DNA of 64,000 bases, taken from NCBI RefSeq assembly GCF_006345805.1, contig NW_021830460.1:15321-79320 (forward strand). The letters are read 5' to 3'. The stretch is from Octopus sinensis (taxonomy: Eukaryota). Under the pieces are notes generated by a model that searched no databases, had not been told where the DNA came from, and worked only from the letters and a program-made list of their open reading frames with translations. Position numbers and translations under genes: made by a program. The first letter of the stretch is position 1, and each line of letters starts with the position of its first letter. Of this stretch, positions 63,261 through 64,000 are shown piece by piece.

Positions 63261-63931
63261 GCCCGCATTTATAATGTGTATATAAACCTACAACGACACT
63301 GGTTCTAATATTTTGTCCCAGAGAAATATCTCAAAGAGATATGCATGTTAAAGCCACATGTCATGGCTCAGAATGCCCGGGGATTACTAGTCACGGTGTT
63401 TCAACCTTCTTTGATCTCTTCAGTGACGAATGCCCCGGAATGTTCTGAGCTAAACCGAAAATGGTTCCTTTGTTAAAGAAATCAGCATCAAAAAATTTAT
63501 GGATTTGTGCCAAGTTATAATTAAATTAATATACGCACTTGAAATAGACATGAATCAAAATACTGGTGCATGACATGGTGTATATTCAAAGACAGAATAA
63601 TACTTCTGTAATATATTGTGTCAGAGAAACTTCTCAAAAAGATCTTTGTGTTAAAATACACGAACCTCTCCACACCCGTTACGAATAACCCGGGTGAATA
63701 CTCCTGAACTAAGCGGAACATGCTTATTCTATAATAGAAATTGGCAAATAAAACATTCAGTTTTTCCTTTTTCTTTTCTTCTTATTTTCCTACTTTCTGT
63801 GGACGTTATCCAAGTTAAAATCATATAACTATACGCTCTTGGAACAGAGTTAGATTAAAATACAAGATACCTATAATATGTAAACAACTAGAGAACAAAA
63901 AACACAAGGCTTAGCTCAGAACAGCGGTGAA

Positions 63932-63974
63932 TCGCCACACAATGTTTCGACCTACTTTGTCTCCTCAATGGCAA
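63932..63974 (-). ncRNA. Degenerate minimal hammerhead-like motif
   Basis: Minus strand: ttgcca TTGAGGA GAC aaagtag GTC GAA ACATTGT G tggcga; 6-bp helix I; H17=G is incompatible with cleavage. Confidence 0.45.
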
Positions 63975-64000
63975 ATAGTCCAGAAGTTCTGATCCAAGAC

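Overview
AT-rich, microsatellite-dense eukaryotic DNA, most likely from an octopus (inferred from the SINE families and repeat landscape, not verified). I found no supportable host protein-coding exon; nearly all six-frame ORFs are microsatellite translations or transposon fragments. Bases ~0.8-36 kb are a head-to-tail stack of about 20 co-oriented copies from at least five R4/Dong-like non-LTR retrotransposon families (RT + CCHC knuckle + restriction-like endonuclease) plus a non-coding partner, nearly all bounded by (AAT)n tracts. This part also holds Tx1/L1-like fragments ending in (ATC)n, a ~6.5 kb tandem duplication, and a dispersed duplicate that reveals a solo LTR and a Dong insertion as filled/empty site pairs. 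Bases 38.7-44.1 kb hold a CR1-like LINE whose ORF1 appears to combine a Myb/SANT-like domain with a CCCH finger, bracketed by a ~235 bp direct repeat. Bases 44.8-64 kb hold a hAT (Buster/Charlie-like) remnant, mariner-type MITEs, tRNA-derived SINEs, a second CR1, several long inverted repeats and about eleven minimal hammerhead-ribozyme-like motifs of the Penelope type, two with the compensatory U3-A8 core pair. Many frameshifts are single-base homopolymer indels and may be long-read consensus errors. All family assignments come from motif recognition by eye, not database searches.
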